From an uncultured Gammaproteobacteria bacterium (GTDB lineage: Bacteria > Pseudomonadota > Gammaproteobacteria > Pseudomonadales > JAHEGP01), in assembly GCA_963722805.1 (NCBI GenBank), contig CAVROQ010000008.1, positions 1,160 to 65,159 on the forward strand: DNA of 64,000 nt. The letters run 5' to 3'. Numbering within the stretch: position 1 is the stretch's first letter; each line of letters starts with the position of its first letter. Positions 49,604 to 59,340 of the stretch are shown piece after piece. The notes under the pieces were generated by a model that did no database searches, was not told the origin of the DNA, and saw nothing but the letters and a program-made list of their open reading frames with translations. The translations under genes were made by a program, and so were the position numbers.

Positions 49604-50101
49604 ATGACAGATCCCTCCAGCGAGGGTTCGCACACAGCGGTACAGCTGGTGTGTTTTTTCGACAGCACCCCGGAACTACGTGGCAGGATTGAAGAATGCT
49701 GGCAGGATTTTCACGCGGGGTTTGAAGACTCTAAAGCGGTGGTCGAGCCCCAGTCACTGGCCTTTTGCAGGCAGAACATCGGGCTTCGGATCGACATTGA
49801 TAACGGCCTGGAAATTACCCTCCAGCTGTTCCCGGTAATTGCCGGCGAACCCCGGGAGGATTTACCTGGGAGCGTATCCGAAGTGTTATTGCAATTACAC
49901 GATGATGGCGCAGGTAGTCCCGATCCGGTGCAGCTGAATGAGCTGCTGGAATGGCTGCTTGAAGATTTACTGCCCGGCGCGGGTCACGTCGATCTGGAGT
50001 GTGTCGCCGAGCGTTTTGACGGCGGCGAGCGCCCAGTGCTGTTGACCGATACTACCGGGCAATTGTTGGAAATGCCCCCGGGTATGGCGGAATTCGGCTA
50101 G
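49604..50101 (+). CDS. Hypothetical acidic protein, translationally coupled to dinG
   Basis: About 165 aa, rich in Asp and Glu, with no recognised family. Its TAG stop (50099-50101) shares a base with the dinG GTG start. Confidence 0.4.
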   Translation: MTDPSSEGSHTAVQLVCFFDSTPELRGRIEECWQDFHAGFEDSKAVVEPQSLAFCRQNIGLRIDIDNGLEITLQLFPVIAGEPREDLPGSVSEVLLQLHDDGAGSPDPVQLNELLEWLLEDLLPGAGHVDLECVAERFDGGERPVLLTDTTGQLLEMPPGMAEFG

Positions 50102-52218
50102 TGCTGGCTGAGAGCGAAAAGGACCAGATCCAGCAAAGCTACCGTGACTGGCTGGCGTCGAAACAACTCAACCCGCGCCATGGCCAGCGCCACATGATTG
50201 CCGAGGTGGCCAGGGTGTTGGCCAATGCACGTTTTGGCAACGCCGATCGCGATAAGCTGATCGCTGCCATTGAAGCTGGTACCGGTACCGGTAAAACCGT
50301 AGCTTACTTGTTGCCGGCCCTGGTGCTAACCCGGGCCATGGAGCGGCAGCTGGTCATAGCAACGGCAACGGTAGCGCTGCAAGAACAATTGATTCACAAA
50401 GACTTGCCAGACCTGCTGAATAACGCCGGTCTGGACTTCGACTTTGCACTGGTCAAAGGGCGTGGGCGCTACGTCTGCCATGCCAAGCTGGTGTCCTTTG
50501 CCGAAGATTTTGTCGACCCCTCCCTGAGCCTGGGCCTCTATCCCGACGAACAAATGCCGCTGCTTAGCGGCGATGCCCAGCGCCTGTATGACGAGATGAT
50601 GCGGGCGTTGGAAAGCCGCAGCTGGGATGGTGACCGAGATAATTGGGATTCCATTATCGATAACCGGCTATGGGCACCACTCACCTCAGACCATATGCAG
50701 TGCACCGGGCGCAAGTGTGCCTACGTCAAACAATGTGCGTATTTCTCGGCTCGTGATCGCCTGGAGGGGGTCGACGTTATTGTCGCCAACCACGACCTCG
50801 TGTTATCAGATCTCAGCCTTGGGGGCGGTGTGATTCTGCCGCCGCCTGAAGAAACGGTGTATATATTCGACGAGGCCCACCAGCTGGCGGACAAAGCCCA
50901 GCAACATTTCGGCCATCGTCTGCGCCTCGGCGCCACCCTGCGCTGGTTGGAACAGATAGAAAAAGGCTTGCCTGCTCTGGCGAGGGTAGTAGCCCAGGAC
51001 AGCCTCTGCACCACGACCCTAGGACGTCTTGCGCCGTTACTGGCGCAATTGCAGGAACACATGCGCGACGCCCAGGAGATAAGCCGGGGATTGGTTGGTA
51101 CAATCAGGCCGGGCGAAAACGAAGCCATGTTGCGTTTTCCCATTGCTGAGGCGCCGGAGTCGCTGGCAGAGCAGGCTCAGGCTATGGGCTTTTGCGCTGA
51201 CCGTATGGGTCAGTTAATCGCTACCCTGACAGGCCGTCTCGACGATGCCATGAACGGTGAAGTGGCCGCGATCCCGAGGGATGATGCCGAGCAATGGTAC
51301 GCGGCACTGGGCCAGATGAAGGGTCGGCTGCGGCCCGTTTGTGGCATTGCGGAAGCCTATGGGCCTGCCAATGCTGATCCCGAGCTGCCCTATGCTCGCT
51401 GGCTCAGTGGCAGGGAGTTTAGCAGCGGCTTTGAACTCGAGATGGCTGCGTTGCCGGTATTGCCGCGGCGCTTGCTGCAGGAGCTGCTGTGGCAACGCTG
51501 CGCGGCTGCGATCCTGACATCGGCCAGCATGACGGCGCTGGGAAGTTTTGATCGGCTGCTGGAGCAAACCGGCATACCTCAGGACAGTCGCTGTTTGCAA
51601 TTGCCGAGCCCGTTTAATCACCACGAGGCGGCGGACTTACGGGTGCCCACCCAGGCACTTGATCCCTCCGACAAGGAACGCTATACCGCGATGCTGATTG
51701 AGCAGGTCGCCGCCACCGTCACCCCGGGCGAGGGCACCCTGGTATTGTTTACCGCGCGCCGGCAGATGCAGGCGGTTTATGCCGGTATTGAGGATGAGCT
51801 GCGGCGCCAGGTTCTGAACCAGGATGAGCTGGGTAAACAGGAAATAATGCGACGCCACCGCGCCGCCGTCGATGCCGGCAAAGCCAGCGTCATCTTTGGT
51901 CTTGCCAGCTTTGCCGAGGGCATCGATTTGCCCGGCAATTACTGTACCCATGTGGTCATCACCCGGCTACCCTTCGCGGTGCCGGACGACCCGGTGGAAG
52001 CGACCCTGGCCGAATGGGTCCGCTCCCGAGGAGGCCAACCGTTTCGGGATATTGCACTGCCGGATGCCGCGCGCCGCCTGATGCAGGCGACCGGTCGACT
52101 GTTACGTACCGAGCAGGATCACGGCAGGATCACGGTCCTCGATCGACGTTTGTTGAGCAAACAATACGGCCGCGCACTTTTGCAATCGTTACCGGATTAT
52201 CGTTTGCTCACCGAATAG
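50101..52218 (+). CDS. dinG: ATP-dependent DNA helicase DinG (Fe-S, XPD-like superfamily 2)
   Basis: Walker A EAGTGTGKT, DEAH box IFDEAHQL, and a Cys cluster (VCHAK...MQCTGRKCAYVKQCAY). 705 aa. Confidence 0.85.
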   Translation: MLAESEKDQIQQSYRDWLASKQLNPRHGQRHMIAEVARVLANARFGNADRDKLIAAIEAGTGTGKTVAYLLPALVLTRAMERQLVIATATVALQEQLIHKDLPDLLNNAGLDFDFALVKGRGRYVCHAKLVSFAEDFVDPSLSLGLYPDEQMPLLSGDAQRLYDEMMRALESRSWDGDRDNWDSIIDNRLWAPLTSDHMQCTGRKCAYVKQCAYFSARDRLEGVDVIVANHDLVLSDLSLGGGVILPPPEETVYIFDEAHQLADKAQQHFGHRLRLGATLRWLEQIEKGLPALARVVAQDSLCTTTLGRLAPLLAQLQEHMRDAQEISRGLVGTIRPGENEAMLRFPIAEAPESLAEQAQAMGFCADRMGQLIATLTGRLDDAMNGEVAAIPRDDAEQWYAALGQMKGRLRPVCGIAEAYGPANADPELPYARWLSGREFSSGFELEMAALPVLPRRLLQELLWQRCAAAILTSASMTALGSFDRLLEQTGIPQDSRCLQLPSPFNHHEAADLRVPTQALDPSDKERYTAMLIEQVAATVTPGEGTLVLFTARRQMQAVYAGIEDELRRQVLNQDELGKQEIMRRHRAAVDAGKASVIFGLASFAEGIDLPGNYCTHVVITRLPFAVPDDPVEATLAEWVRSRGGQPFRDIALPDAARRLMQATGRLLRTEQDHGRITVLDRRLLSKQYGRALLQSLPDYRLLTE

Positions 52219-52246
52219 CTTGCGTGCGACAGAATAGCGATTTTAG

Positions 52247-52618
52247 ATGGGCGGCAACAAAAACCCGGGAGCAGACGTGCAGGGACTTTATCGGGATGTA
52301 AGCGACAGGCTATTGCAACTGGAGCAGGAAATGCAGCGCCTGCAACTGTGGGGCGCGCAGACTCCGGACCCGCAGGCCCTGGCCAGCCAGCAACCCTTTT
52401 GTGTCGATACCCTGAGCTTGCCAGAATGGTTGCAACACGTGTTTCTGCCAACTCTTCGCAACAGCATCGAGCGAGGCTACGCCCTGCCGGAAAAATGCCA
52501 GGTCGCACCCATGGCCGAGATGTATTGCCAGCAGTTACGACTGCAACAGGATATTGATGGGGCAAATCTTATCGCCATCCTGGAAGGCATTGATCTTGCC
52601 CTTAACGCCCCGCGCTAG
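52247..52618 (+). CDS. yqcC: YqcC-family protein (DUF446)
   Basis: 123 aa. The sequence LEQEMQRLQLWGAQTPDPQALASQQPFCVDTLSLPEWLQHVFLP is typical of YqcC. Confidence 0.7.
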   Translation: MGGNKNPGADVQGLYRDVSDRLLQLEQEMQRLQLWGAQTPDPQALASQQPFCVDTLSLPEWLQHVFLPTLRNSIERGYALPEKCQVAPMAEMYCQQLRLQQDIDGANLIAILEGIDLALNAPR

Positions 52619-52725
52619 ATCCTGGTTGCGCTTGGGCGTCGGCGTTGTTGCGGTAAAAAATCCGGTCGAATAGGCGATCACACGTTTGGTGCCCGGGATT
52701 CGGCCGAGGCTTCATCCTTGTTAGT

Positions 52726-53340
52726 TCAGCTTTCCCTCGCAGCCAGCACCATCCGAACCAGATGCGCCAGGGAATGGGTGTTCATCTTTTCCATGACCCG
52801 CGAGCGGTGTATTTCTACGGTGCGTTGACTGATGCCAAGATCGATGGCGATTACCTTGTTGGCGTTGCCGTCGATCATCATATCCATGACCTCGAACTCA
52901 CGTGGGGTCAGGGTGTCGATGCGCTTAATGATCTGTTGCTTTTCGCGCAAGCTGGCGCGCTGCTGCTCGTCGAGATTAAGGGCCTGGTTGATTTTGTCGA
53001 GCAGGTCCTGTTCACGGTAGGGCTTTTGGATAAAGTCGACGGCGCCATGCTGCATCGCCTCGACCGCCATCGGCACATCGCCGTGACCGGTAACAAATAT
53101 AATCGGCAGGATTGAGTTGGCTTCGTTGAGTTTTTTTTGTAGTTCCATGCCATTCATGCCGGGCATGCGAATATCCAGCACAATACAGCCGGCCATGTCA
53201 TCGCTGTAGGCTTCGAGGAACTCGGTACCCGAGGCAAAGCATTTAGAGCCCTGGTCAACCGACTCCAGCAACAGGCCGAGCGACTCGCGTACGGCTTCAT
53301 CATCGTCAACAATAAATACTGTGGGTGCCTGGTCTGCCAT
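52726..53340 (-). CDS. FixJ/LuxR-family response regulator
   Basis: REC domain (VFIVDDDEAVRESL...IVLDIRMPGMNG) and a C-terminal LuxR HTH (LTPREFEVMDMMIDGNANKVIAIDLGISQRTVEIHR). Start re-called to the ATG at 53340. Confidence 0.9.
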   Translation of the reverse strand: MADQAPTVFIVDDDEAVRESLGLLLESVDQGSKCFASGTEFLEAYSDDMAGCIVLDIRMPGMNGMELQKKLNEANSILPIIFVTGHGDVPMAVEAMQHGAVDFIQKPYREQDLLDKINQALNLDEQQRASLREKQQIIKRIDTLTPREFEVMDMMIDGNANKVIAIDLGISQRTVEIHRSRVMEKMNTHSLAHLVRMVLAARES

Positions 53341-53516
53341 GGATAATCCCTTACTAGGTTGGCCCAAAAAATCAACAGGTACTATACCGTAATTCAGACT
53401 AATGTCATTAGTCGCCGGTGCTCTTCCTGTCCACAGGGATAGGGCGGCATGGTAGTATGGCGACAGTCGTTTGGGGAGATGCTGTACGCGTCACTATGGC
53501 AGTCAAATCAGGTTAT

Positions 53517-56192
53517 ATGCGGTTTCGGCACCAGATCCTGTTGCTGCTATTGTCGATTATTTTAATCATGATGGTAGCGGCGGTGCTGGTGGCTGTGCCG
53601 GCTGCCTTTACCGCCCAGCAGCGCATTACCTTCGACCGTCTCAACTCTGTTAGCAATCTCAAAACCCTCTGGGTAATGCGCGAGTTTAACGAATTGCGAC
53701 GCGGCCTGGTGGCCCTGGCTGACAACGTCTCGGTAGTTGATGAAGTGCGTTTCATCAACAAGTTGCTGCCTCGGCCCGGGGCCGATCAGCGCCTGATTGC
53801 CCGGCTCCGGCAAATGGACCAGGATGCCGACTTGCTGGCAGGCGATCGGCTGAGTCTTTATTGGCAGTCGTATCGCCGTCTGTACGCTAACTTTCGCTAT
53901 ATCGAAAACAGCTTTCCCGGCAGTGAAGTATTGTTGGTGCGCCCCGACGATGCGCTGGTCATTTTTAATCTGTTGGGCGGCGAGCGCTTTATGGAGCGTC
54001 TTGTGCCTCCCGATCAGGGCAGACTGCCGTTGTACAATTGCTACCTCCGCGCCCTCGAGTTTCCTGACGATGTGGTGTTCGAAGATTTCGAAGTGAGCCC
54101 CGACGCAACTGCCCAGCGCGCCTGTGCTGCAAAAGCGCTGCTGGTCGATGAAGAAGTGATCGCGATATTGATACAAGAATTTTCCGGCGACCTGATCAAC
54201 AATATCATGGCACTGCGGCCGGGGCTGGGCGAGACCGGCGAGACCTACCTGGTAGGCCCGGACAAGCTTATGCGCACCGAGTCGCGGTTTGGCGGTGCGG
54301 CCAGTATTCTCAATCAGTTTGTCGACAGCCGCGCTGTGCGTGAAGGGCTTTCGGGCTTTGCCGGCAGCAGCATTACCACCAACTATCGTGGCTCCCAGGT
54401 GTTTTCGGTGTGGCAGCCGATCGAGTTGGATGCGATTCGCTGGTCGTTGATTTCAGAAATTGAGGAAGACGAATCCTATCGCGGTATGCGCACTACGATA
54501 TCGCAATTACTGTTGGTCTGGTGGGTAGGGTTCATGGTGCTGGTGTTTATCGCCTACGCTTTTGCACGCCGCACCGAAAAGCCCTTGCTGGCGCTGGTCC
54601 GCAACGCCCGACGCCTGGCTGACGGCAATTTTTCCGGGAGTATTCGCGAGGGTGCAGGGTCCCGCGAGATTCGCGACCTGGTGCGATCCTTTAACAACAT
54701 GGCGGCGCAGATCAGGGAGCGTGCCGGCGCCCTGGAGTCGGCCCGTAACCGCGCTGAGCAGGCTTCCTGGCAGGCCGATCAGGCCAGTCGCGCCAAGAGT
54801 GACTTTCTTTCCAAGATGAGCCACGAGTTGCGCACTCCGCTAAATGGGGTGCTGGGCTATGCGCAGATACTCAAACGCGACCACAACATCAATGAAAGTC
54901 AGCGGGATACCCTTGACGCTATTGAAAACTGCGGTCAGCACCTGTTGGAGCTGATCAATGACGTGCTCGACATCGCGCGTATTGAAAGCGGCAAGCTGGA
55001 CCTCAATATTCGCCCAGCCAATATGCATCAGTTGGTGCAGCGCGTGGTAGATGTGGTGAAGCCCCGGGCTCTGGAAAAGGGCCTGGATTTTGAGGTCGAC
55101 ACTAGCGGCCTGCCCTACGCAATTTTTACCGACGCGATGCGCCTGCGTCAGATACTGATAAATCTGCTCGGTAACGCCATCAAATTTACCGATGAGGGCT
55201 ATGTCCGGCTGCGGGTCGAAAACGATGTCGATACCAGTATATTGACGATTTATGTTGAAGATAGTGGTGCCGGCATTCCCGAGCATCGGCTTGATGAAAT
55301 ATTCGGTCCCTTTGCCCAGACCATTTCCGGCAAGCGGGCCGGAGGTGCCGGTCTCGGCCTGGCCATTTCCAAGCAATTGGCAGTAGCCCTTGGTGGCGAG
55401 CTTCAGGCAGATAGCAAGGCGGGTGAGGGCAGCGTGTTCTCGATCAACTTGCCTTATACCCTGGCGGAAGACCAGATGTCGACCCAGCCTCTGCCGACCC
55501 GCGACGTGCCAAGCCTGCCAATGGGTACCAGCTTCCGGGTGCTGGTTGCTGACGACAATGCCACCAACCGCGACATCATGGTGCATTTGTTAAAGGACGC
55601 AGGCTTTGAGACTTTCCAGGCTGATGATGGTGAAGAAGTGCTGGAGATTGTTCATTCCCAGCCGCTAGATCTGATTTTGATGGACATTCGGATGCCAGTG
55701 ATCGATGGCTTGACCGCATCGAGCAAGATCCGCGAAAACTCCGCATACAACAGTATTCGGATTATTGCTGTGTCGGCCACGGTGTTACCGGAAATGCAAG
55801 AAGAGATCATGCGTTGTGGGTGCGATGCCTTTATTGCCAAACCGGTAGATGCGCGGGTTCTGTTCGAGGAAATAGAAATCCAACTCGGAGTGCAAATGGT
55901 GGCGAGTTTGGGCGATAAGGATCAAGCGGCCAAGCCTGCTCAGGCTGATAGTGTCGACCTGGAGCTAGAGCCGAGCGAGGCATCGCTTGAATTGCTGCGG
56001 CAGATCGCCAGGGCTGCTGGTCTTGGCGATATTGCTGCTGTCAGGCGCTCTCTGGGAGAACTCCAGACCTTATTGGGCACAGACCATAAGCTGGTATTAA
56101 AGTTGCTGCGCATGAGCGATTCTTTTGAAATGGAGGCGCTTGGTCGGATGGTGCGGCAAACTCTGGAAACAATTGACGAGGGTCAATCTTGA
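53517..56192 (+). CDS. Hybrid sensor histidine kinase: periplasmic Cache-like sensor, HAMP, HisKA, HATPase, REC and a C-terminal helical tail
   Basis: Two TM segments flank a periplasmic domain of about 330 aa. HAMP region (RRLADGNF..FNNMAAQI), H-box KMSHELRTPLNG, HATPase VEDSGAGIP, and REC VLVADDNATNRDI..LILMDIRMPVIDG. Start probably the ATG at 53517 (MRFRHQ). Confidence 0.85.
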   Translation: MRFRHQILLLLLSIILIMMVAAVLVAVPAAFTAQQRITFDRLNSVSNLKTLWVMREFNELRRGLVALADNVSVVDEVRFINKLLPRPGADQRLIARLRQMDQDADLLAGDRLSLYWQSYRRLYANFRYIENSFPGSEVLLVRPDDALVIFNLLGGERFMERLVPPDQGRLPLYNCYLRALEFPDDVVFEDFEVSPDATAQRACAAKALLVDEEVIAILIQEFSGDLINNIMALRPGLGETGETYLVGPDKLMRTESRFGGAASILNQFVDSRAVREGLSGFAGSSITTNYRGSQVFSVWQPIELDAIRWSLISEIEEDESYRGMRTTISQLLLVWWVGFMVLVFIAYAFARRTEKPLLALVRNARRLADGNFSGSIREGAGSREIRDLVRSFNNMAAQIRERAGALESARNRAEQASWQADQASRAKSDFLSKMSHELRTPLNGVLGYAQILKRDHNINESQRDTLDAIENCGQHLLELINDVLDIARIESGKLDLNIRPANMHQLVQRVVDVVKPRALEKGLDFEVDTSGLPYAIFTDAMRLRQILINLLGNAIKFTDEGYVRLRVENDVDTSILTIYVEDSGAGIPEHRLDEIFGPFAQTISGKRAGGAGLGLAISKQLAVALGGELQADSKAGEGSVFSINLPYTLAEDQMSTQPLPTRDVPSLPMGTSFRVLVADDNATNRDIMVHLLKDAGFETFQADDGEEVLEIVHSQPLDLILMDIRMPVIDGLTASSKIRENSAYNSIRIIAVSATVLPEMQEEIMRCGCDAFIAKPVDARVLFEEIEIQLGVQMVASLGDKDQAAKPAQADSVDLELEPSEASLELLRQIARAAGLGDIAAVRRSLGELQTLLGTDHKLVLKLLRMSDSFEMEALGRMVRQTLETIDEGQS

Positions 56193-57757
56193 GCCAATCT
56201 GAAGACATTGTGTTGCTGGTCGATGACAACCCGACCAATCTCGAGGTTTTATACCAGACCCTGGACGGGGAGGGGTACCGCCTGCTCGCCGCACGAGGGG
56301 GTGAAGCGGCGCTGGCCATTATTCATGAAGCCAATCCAACCCTTATTCTGCTGGATATCATGATGCCGGGGATGGACGGTTTTCAGGTGTGCGAGCGACT
56401 CAAGTCTAACCCCGCAACGGCTGATATCGCGGTCATTTTTCTCTCGGCACTGGGAGATACCGACACCAAGGTGAAAGGTTTTGAGCTGGGTGCGGTCGAC
56501 TATATATCCAAACCATTCCAGGCGGCGGAAATCGTAGCGCGGGTAGCGACTCACATTAAGATCCAACGCCTCGAACGACAGCTATCCCATCGCAATATCG
56601 AACTTGAGCAGGAGATTACGCGTATTCTTGCGACCATGCAGGAAGGCGTATTTGGTGTCGACCTGAATGCTTATATTACCTACGCCAATCGTGCAGCGGC
56701 ACATCTCAGCGGCTGGGAACAGAATGAGCTTGTCGGCCAGGCTGCACTCACTGGCCATCTGCGGGCCGCCGATGGTTCACCGAGATCGACTCAGTCTGCA
56801 CCCTACGATCAGGTGTTTCGAGAAGGCCGCAGGATTGAGCTGGAGTGCGAGACTATCTGGCGCAAGGATCAAACGTATTTTCGCGCGTCACTCAATTGCA
56901 CACCGGTACTGGAGAACGGGCAGGTACGTGGCGCAGTCATCGTGTTCCGTGATATTACCCAGCGCCTCCAGGCCGAGCTGGAATTGCAGGAAACCCGCAT
57001 GGAATTGCAAAAGCAACGTCAGCGACTCGCCCATATTGAGCGCTTGAGTACCATGGGTGAAATGGCTGCGGGCTTTGCCCATGAAGTCAACCAGCCTTTA
57101 ACGGCAATCGCCAACTATGCCAGTGTTAGCCGACGGTTAGCAGAAAAGGAATCTATTGATCGGGAAAAACTCAGTTCGGCACTCGAAAAAATGCAGACTC
57201 AGGCTTTGCGCGCGAGCGAGGTTATCCAGCGCCTGCGCAGCTTTGTCAGGAAGCCGAAAACAGGCAGGGATATGCGCGATCCCAACGCGGTGGTCGAAGA
57301 GGTGATACAGCTGGCTGAAGTAGACAGTCGCTACAACAAAGTACCGATTCATTTCACCCCGGGCGTTGAGGGAATGAGTGTGTGTATCGACGATGTGCAA
57401 ATACAACAGGTTCTGTTAAACCTGGTGCGTAATGCGATGGAGGCAATGGGGACTACGGTTTATCGCGACGAAGGGGTAAAAATTTCCACCGGCTCCCCCG
57501 TTCCCCAGGTGGTTCGTTTTAGCGTGGTGGATCACGGTGAGGGCTTGGCAGATGATGCCGAGGATCGGCTGTTTCATCCTTTTTATACGACTAAAGATGA
57601 CGGCATGGGTATTGGTTTATCGGTTTGCGCGTCGATCATGCAAGATCATGGCGGTGAAATTGGCTTCCGGAGAAACGAAAATGGCGGCGCGACCTTTTAC
57701 ATAGATCTCGCCGCCAAACCCTGCCCCGACAGTGGCAACTCACCGGCAGGGCCCTGA
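56189..57757 (+). CDS. REC-PAS-histidine kinase (FixL-like kinase with an N-terminal receiver)
   Basis: REC domain IVLLVDDNPTNLEV..LILLDIMMPGMDG, a PAS segment, H-box MAAGFAHEVNQPLTAI, and HATPase VVDHGEGL..GMGIGLSV. The TTG start overlaps the upstream TGA. Confidence 0.85.
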   Translation: MSQSEDIVLLVDDNPTNLEVLYQTLDGEGYRLLAARGGEAALAIIHEANPTLILLDIMMPGMDGFQVCERLKSNPATADIAVIFLSALGDTDTKVKGFELGAVDYISKPFQAAEIVARVATHIKIQRLERQLSHRNIELEQEITRILATMQEGVFGVDLNAYITYANRAAAHLSGWEQNELVGQAALTGHLRAADGSPRSTQSAPYDQVFREGRRIELECETIWRKDQTYFRASLNCTPVLENGQVRGAVIVFRDITQRLQAELELQETRMELQKQRQRLAHIERLSTMGEMAAGFAHEVNQPLTAIANYASVSRRLAEKESIDREKLSSALEKMQTQALRASEVIQRLRSFVRKPKTGRDMRDPNAVVEEVIQLAEVDSRYNKVPIHFTPGVEGMSVCIDDVQIQQVLLNLVRNAMEAMGTTVYRDEGVKISTGSPVPQVVRFSVVDHGEGLADDAEDRLFHPFYTTKDDGMGIGLSVCASIMQDHGGEIGFRRNENGGATFYIDLAAKPCPDSGNSPAGP

Positions 57758-57777
57758 AGGTTTAAGGATTCGCCTTA

Positions 57778-57957
57778 TCAAGCCTCGCTGACTTGCTCCT
57801 GGCGTATTTTCTCGTGGATTTCCTCACGATGCACGCTGACCTCCCTGGGAGCCTCAATGCCGATCCTAACCTGGCCGCCGCTCACACCCAAAACTGTCAG
57901 CTTTATGTTGCCGCCAATAACCAGTGCTTCGCCCATCCGTCTAGAAAGTACTAACAT
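57778..57957 (-). CDS. csrA: Carbon storage regulator CsrA (59 aa, below the ORF-track length cutoff)
   Basis: Manual translation of the minus strand gives [59 protein letters not shown]. The ATG is at 57955-57957 and the TGA at 57778-57780. Confidence 0.9.
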   Translation of the reverse strand: MLVLSRRMGEALVIGGNIKLTVLGVSGGQVRIGIEAPREVSVHREEIHEKIRQEQVSEA

Positions 57958-58143
57958 GCTGATAACTCCTGTATCGTCCTCGAAATATTCAGGGTAAAGT
58001 CTATGGTTTTAGGCATCCCTAGAGGTATTCGGTTTTGTGCTTAGGGCTTTTTACTTATGAGTATTGCAGGCTGGGCAGCCTCTACATGAGCACTGGATAT
58101 TGGCGTACACTTGTTACAACGAAGACACGTAAAGGAAAGGCAT

Positions 58144-58914
58144 ATGCCTGGGAAAAGCCTTAAACTGCCGCTGCATTTAATCATTCTGATCTGGTTTGGA
58201 CTGCTTTCCTGCTGGACCGTGGCAGAGACCTTGGTGGTGGGTATGTCTGCCGATTACGAACCTCTGGTATTTCTTAAAGAGGGCAAGCTGGCGGGGATTG
58301 AGCCTGACAATGCCGCCGAAGTGGCATCGTCGTTAGGCATGAAGTTACGCTTGGTCGAGCTACCCTTTGCCCAGCTGTTGCCGGCGCTGGAAGCCGGAAA
58401 AGTCGATGTCCTTATGTCGGGCTTGAGTATTACTGAACAGCGCAAGACCAAAGTTGACTTTGTTAAACCGTTTATGGATATAGGCCAAATGGCCATTATC
58501 CGCAGCAGCGATATCGCGCGCTTTGGCTATCCGCGGGCAATCTACGGGCCCGGGGTAAAGGTGGGAGTGGAGCCACAAACCACCGGGGCAAAGTTTGTGA
58601 GTGAGTCCATGCCCGAGGCCATTGTGTTGGACTATGTTCGCCCTGAAGAAGCGTTTGCAGCTCTACGGGCGCGCAAGATCGACGTTTATATTCACGATGC
58701 GCCCACCAGTTGGGGCTTGGCCAATTCCGGCGCAGATGACGATTTATTCAGCCTCTATCGACTGCTAACTCGTGAACAACTGGCCTGGGCTGTGGCAAAG
58801 AATAACAAGGGCTTGCTTAACAAGCTTGAAAAAGCGCGAGATGAGCTGGAGCAGAGCGGCAAGTTAACGGCGATCCAGGATTTCTGGATACCGGTTAAAG
58901 TTGAGGTAAACTAA
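58144..58914 (+). CDS. Periplasmic solute-binding protein, family 3 (amino-acid ABC type fold)
   Basis: Signal peptide followed by LVVGMSADYEPLVF, and DVLMSGLSITEQRKTKVDF. The ATG at 58144 is preceded by aaggaaagg. Confidence 0.75.
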   Translation: MPGKSLKLPLHLIILIWFGLLSCWTVAETLVVGMSADYEPLVFLKEGKLAGIEPDNAAEVASSLGMKLRLVELPFAQLLPALEAGKVDVLMSGLSITEQRKTKVDFVKPFMDIGQMAIIRSSDIARFGYPRAIYGPGVKVGVEPQTTGAKFVSESMPEAIVLDYVRPEEAFAALRARKIDVYIHDAPTSWGLANSGADDDLFSLYRLLTREQLAWAVAKNNKGLLNKLEKARDELEQSGKLTAIQDFWIPVKVEVN

Positions 58915-58977
58915 ATTCTGGTGCGGGTGGAGGCAACAAGAACCAGGGTGGATGGTTTACTGCGAATGCTCAGGTAG

Positions 58978-59196
58978 TTAATGGATTGAATCGCTTTTCA
59001 GTGTCTGGCCGTGGTTAGGAGATTTAACTTTTTCGGTAGGAACTCGATCGTTTTTTTCAGTTCGGTCGAGGGATGCATGAATGCGGAGCTTGAGGCGATC
59101 TATAACAATGGTCATGACATCTATAGTCTGGCTGACTTGATCTAACGCTATCATAATGGTTTCAGCGTCATTCTGTGAGATGTTGGTTTTCTTCAT
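58978..59196 (-). CDS. Hypothetical small protein
   Basis: 72-aa ORF in an AT-rich intergenic island. No family recognised, and coding status is uncertain. Confidence 0.25.
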   Translation of the reverse strand: MKKTNISQNDAETIMIALDQVSQTIDVMTIVIDRLKLRIHASLDRTEKNDRVPTEKVKSPNHGQTLKSDSIH

Positions 59197-59340
59197 TGTG
59201 ATGGCTTGCTCCGGTGAAGATCAGGTGTTGCAAAAAAGTATAGCAATGATAAAAATCGCTTATTCGAATAATTAGGCATCGATTTCCGAAACTGTGAACT
59301 CGGCGCTGTGGCACTACCTATCTGGCTGAGGGGAGAAAAA

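Noticed and set aside
50101-52218. DinG-family helicase considered as a possible defence-system component (type IV CRISPR or other DinG-containing systems)
   Set aside because: It has the full housekeeping architecture (Walker A, DEAH, 4-Cys Fe-S cluster) and lies among core genes (acyltransferase, yqcC). No nucleases, Cas-like genes, repeats or mobile-element context are nearby.
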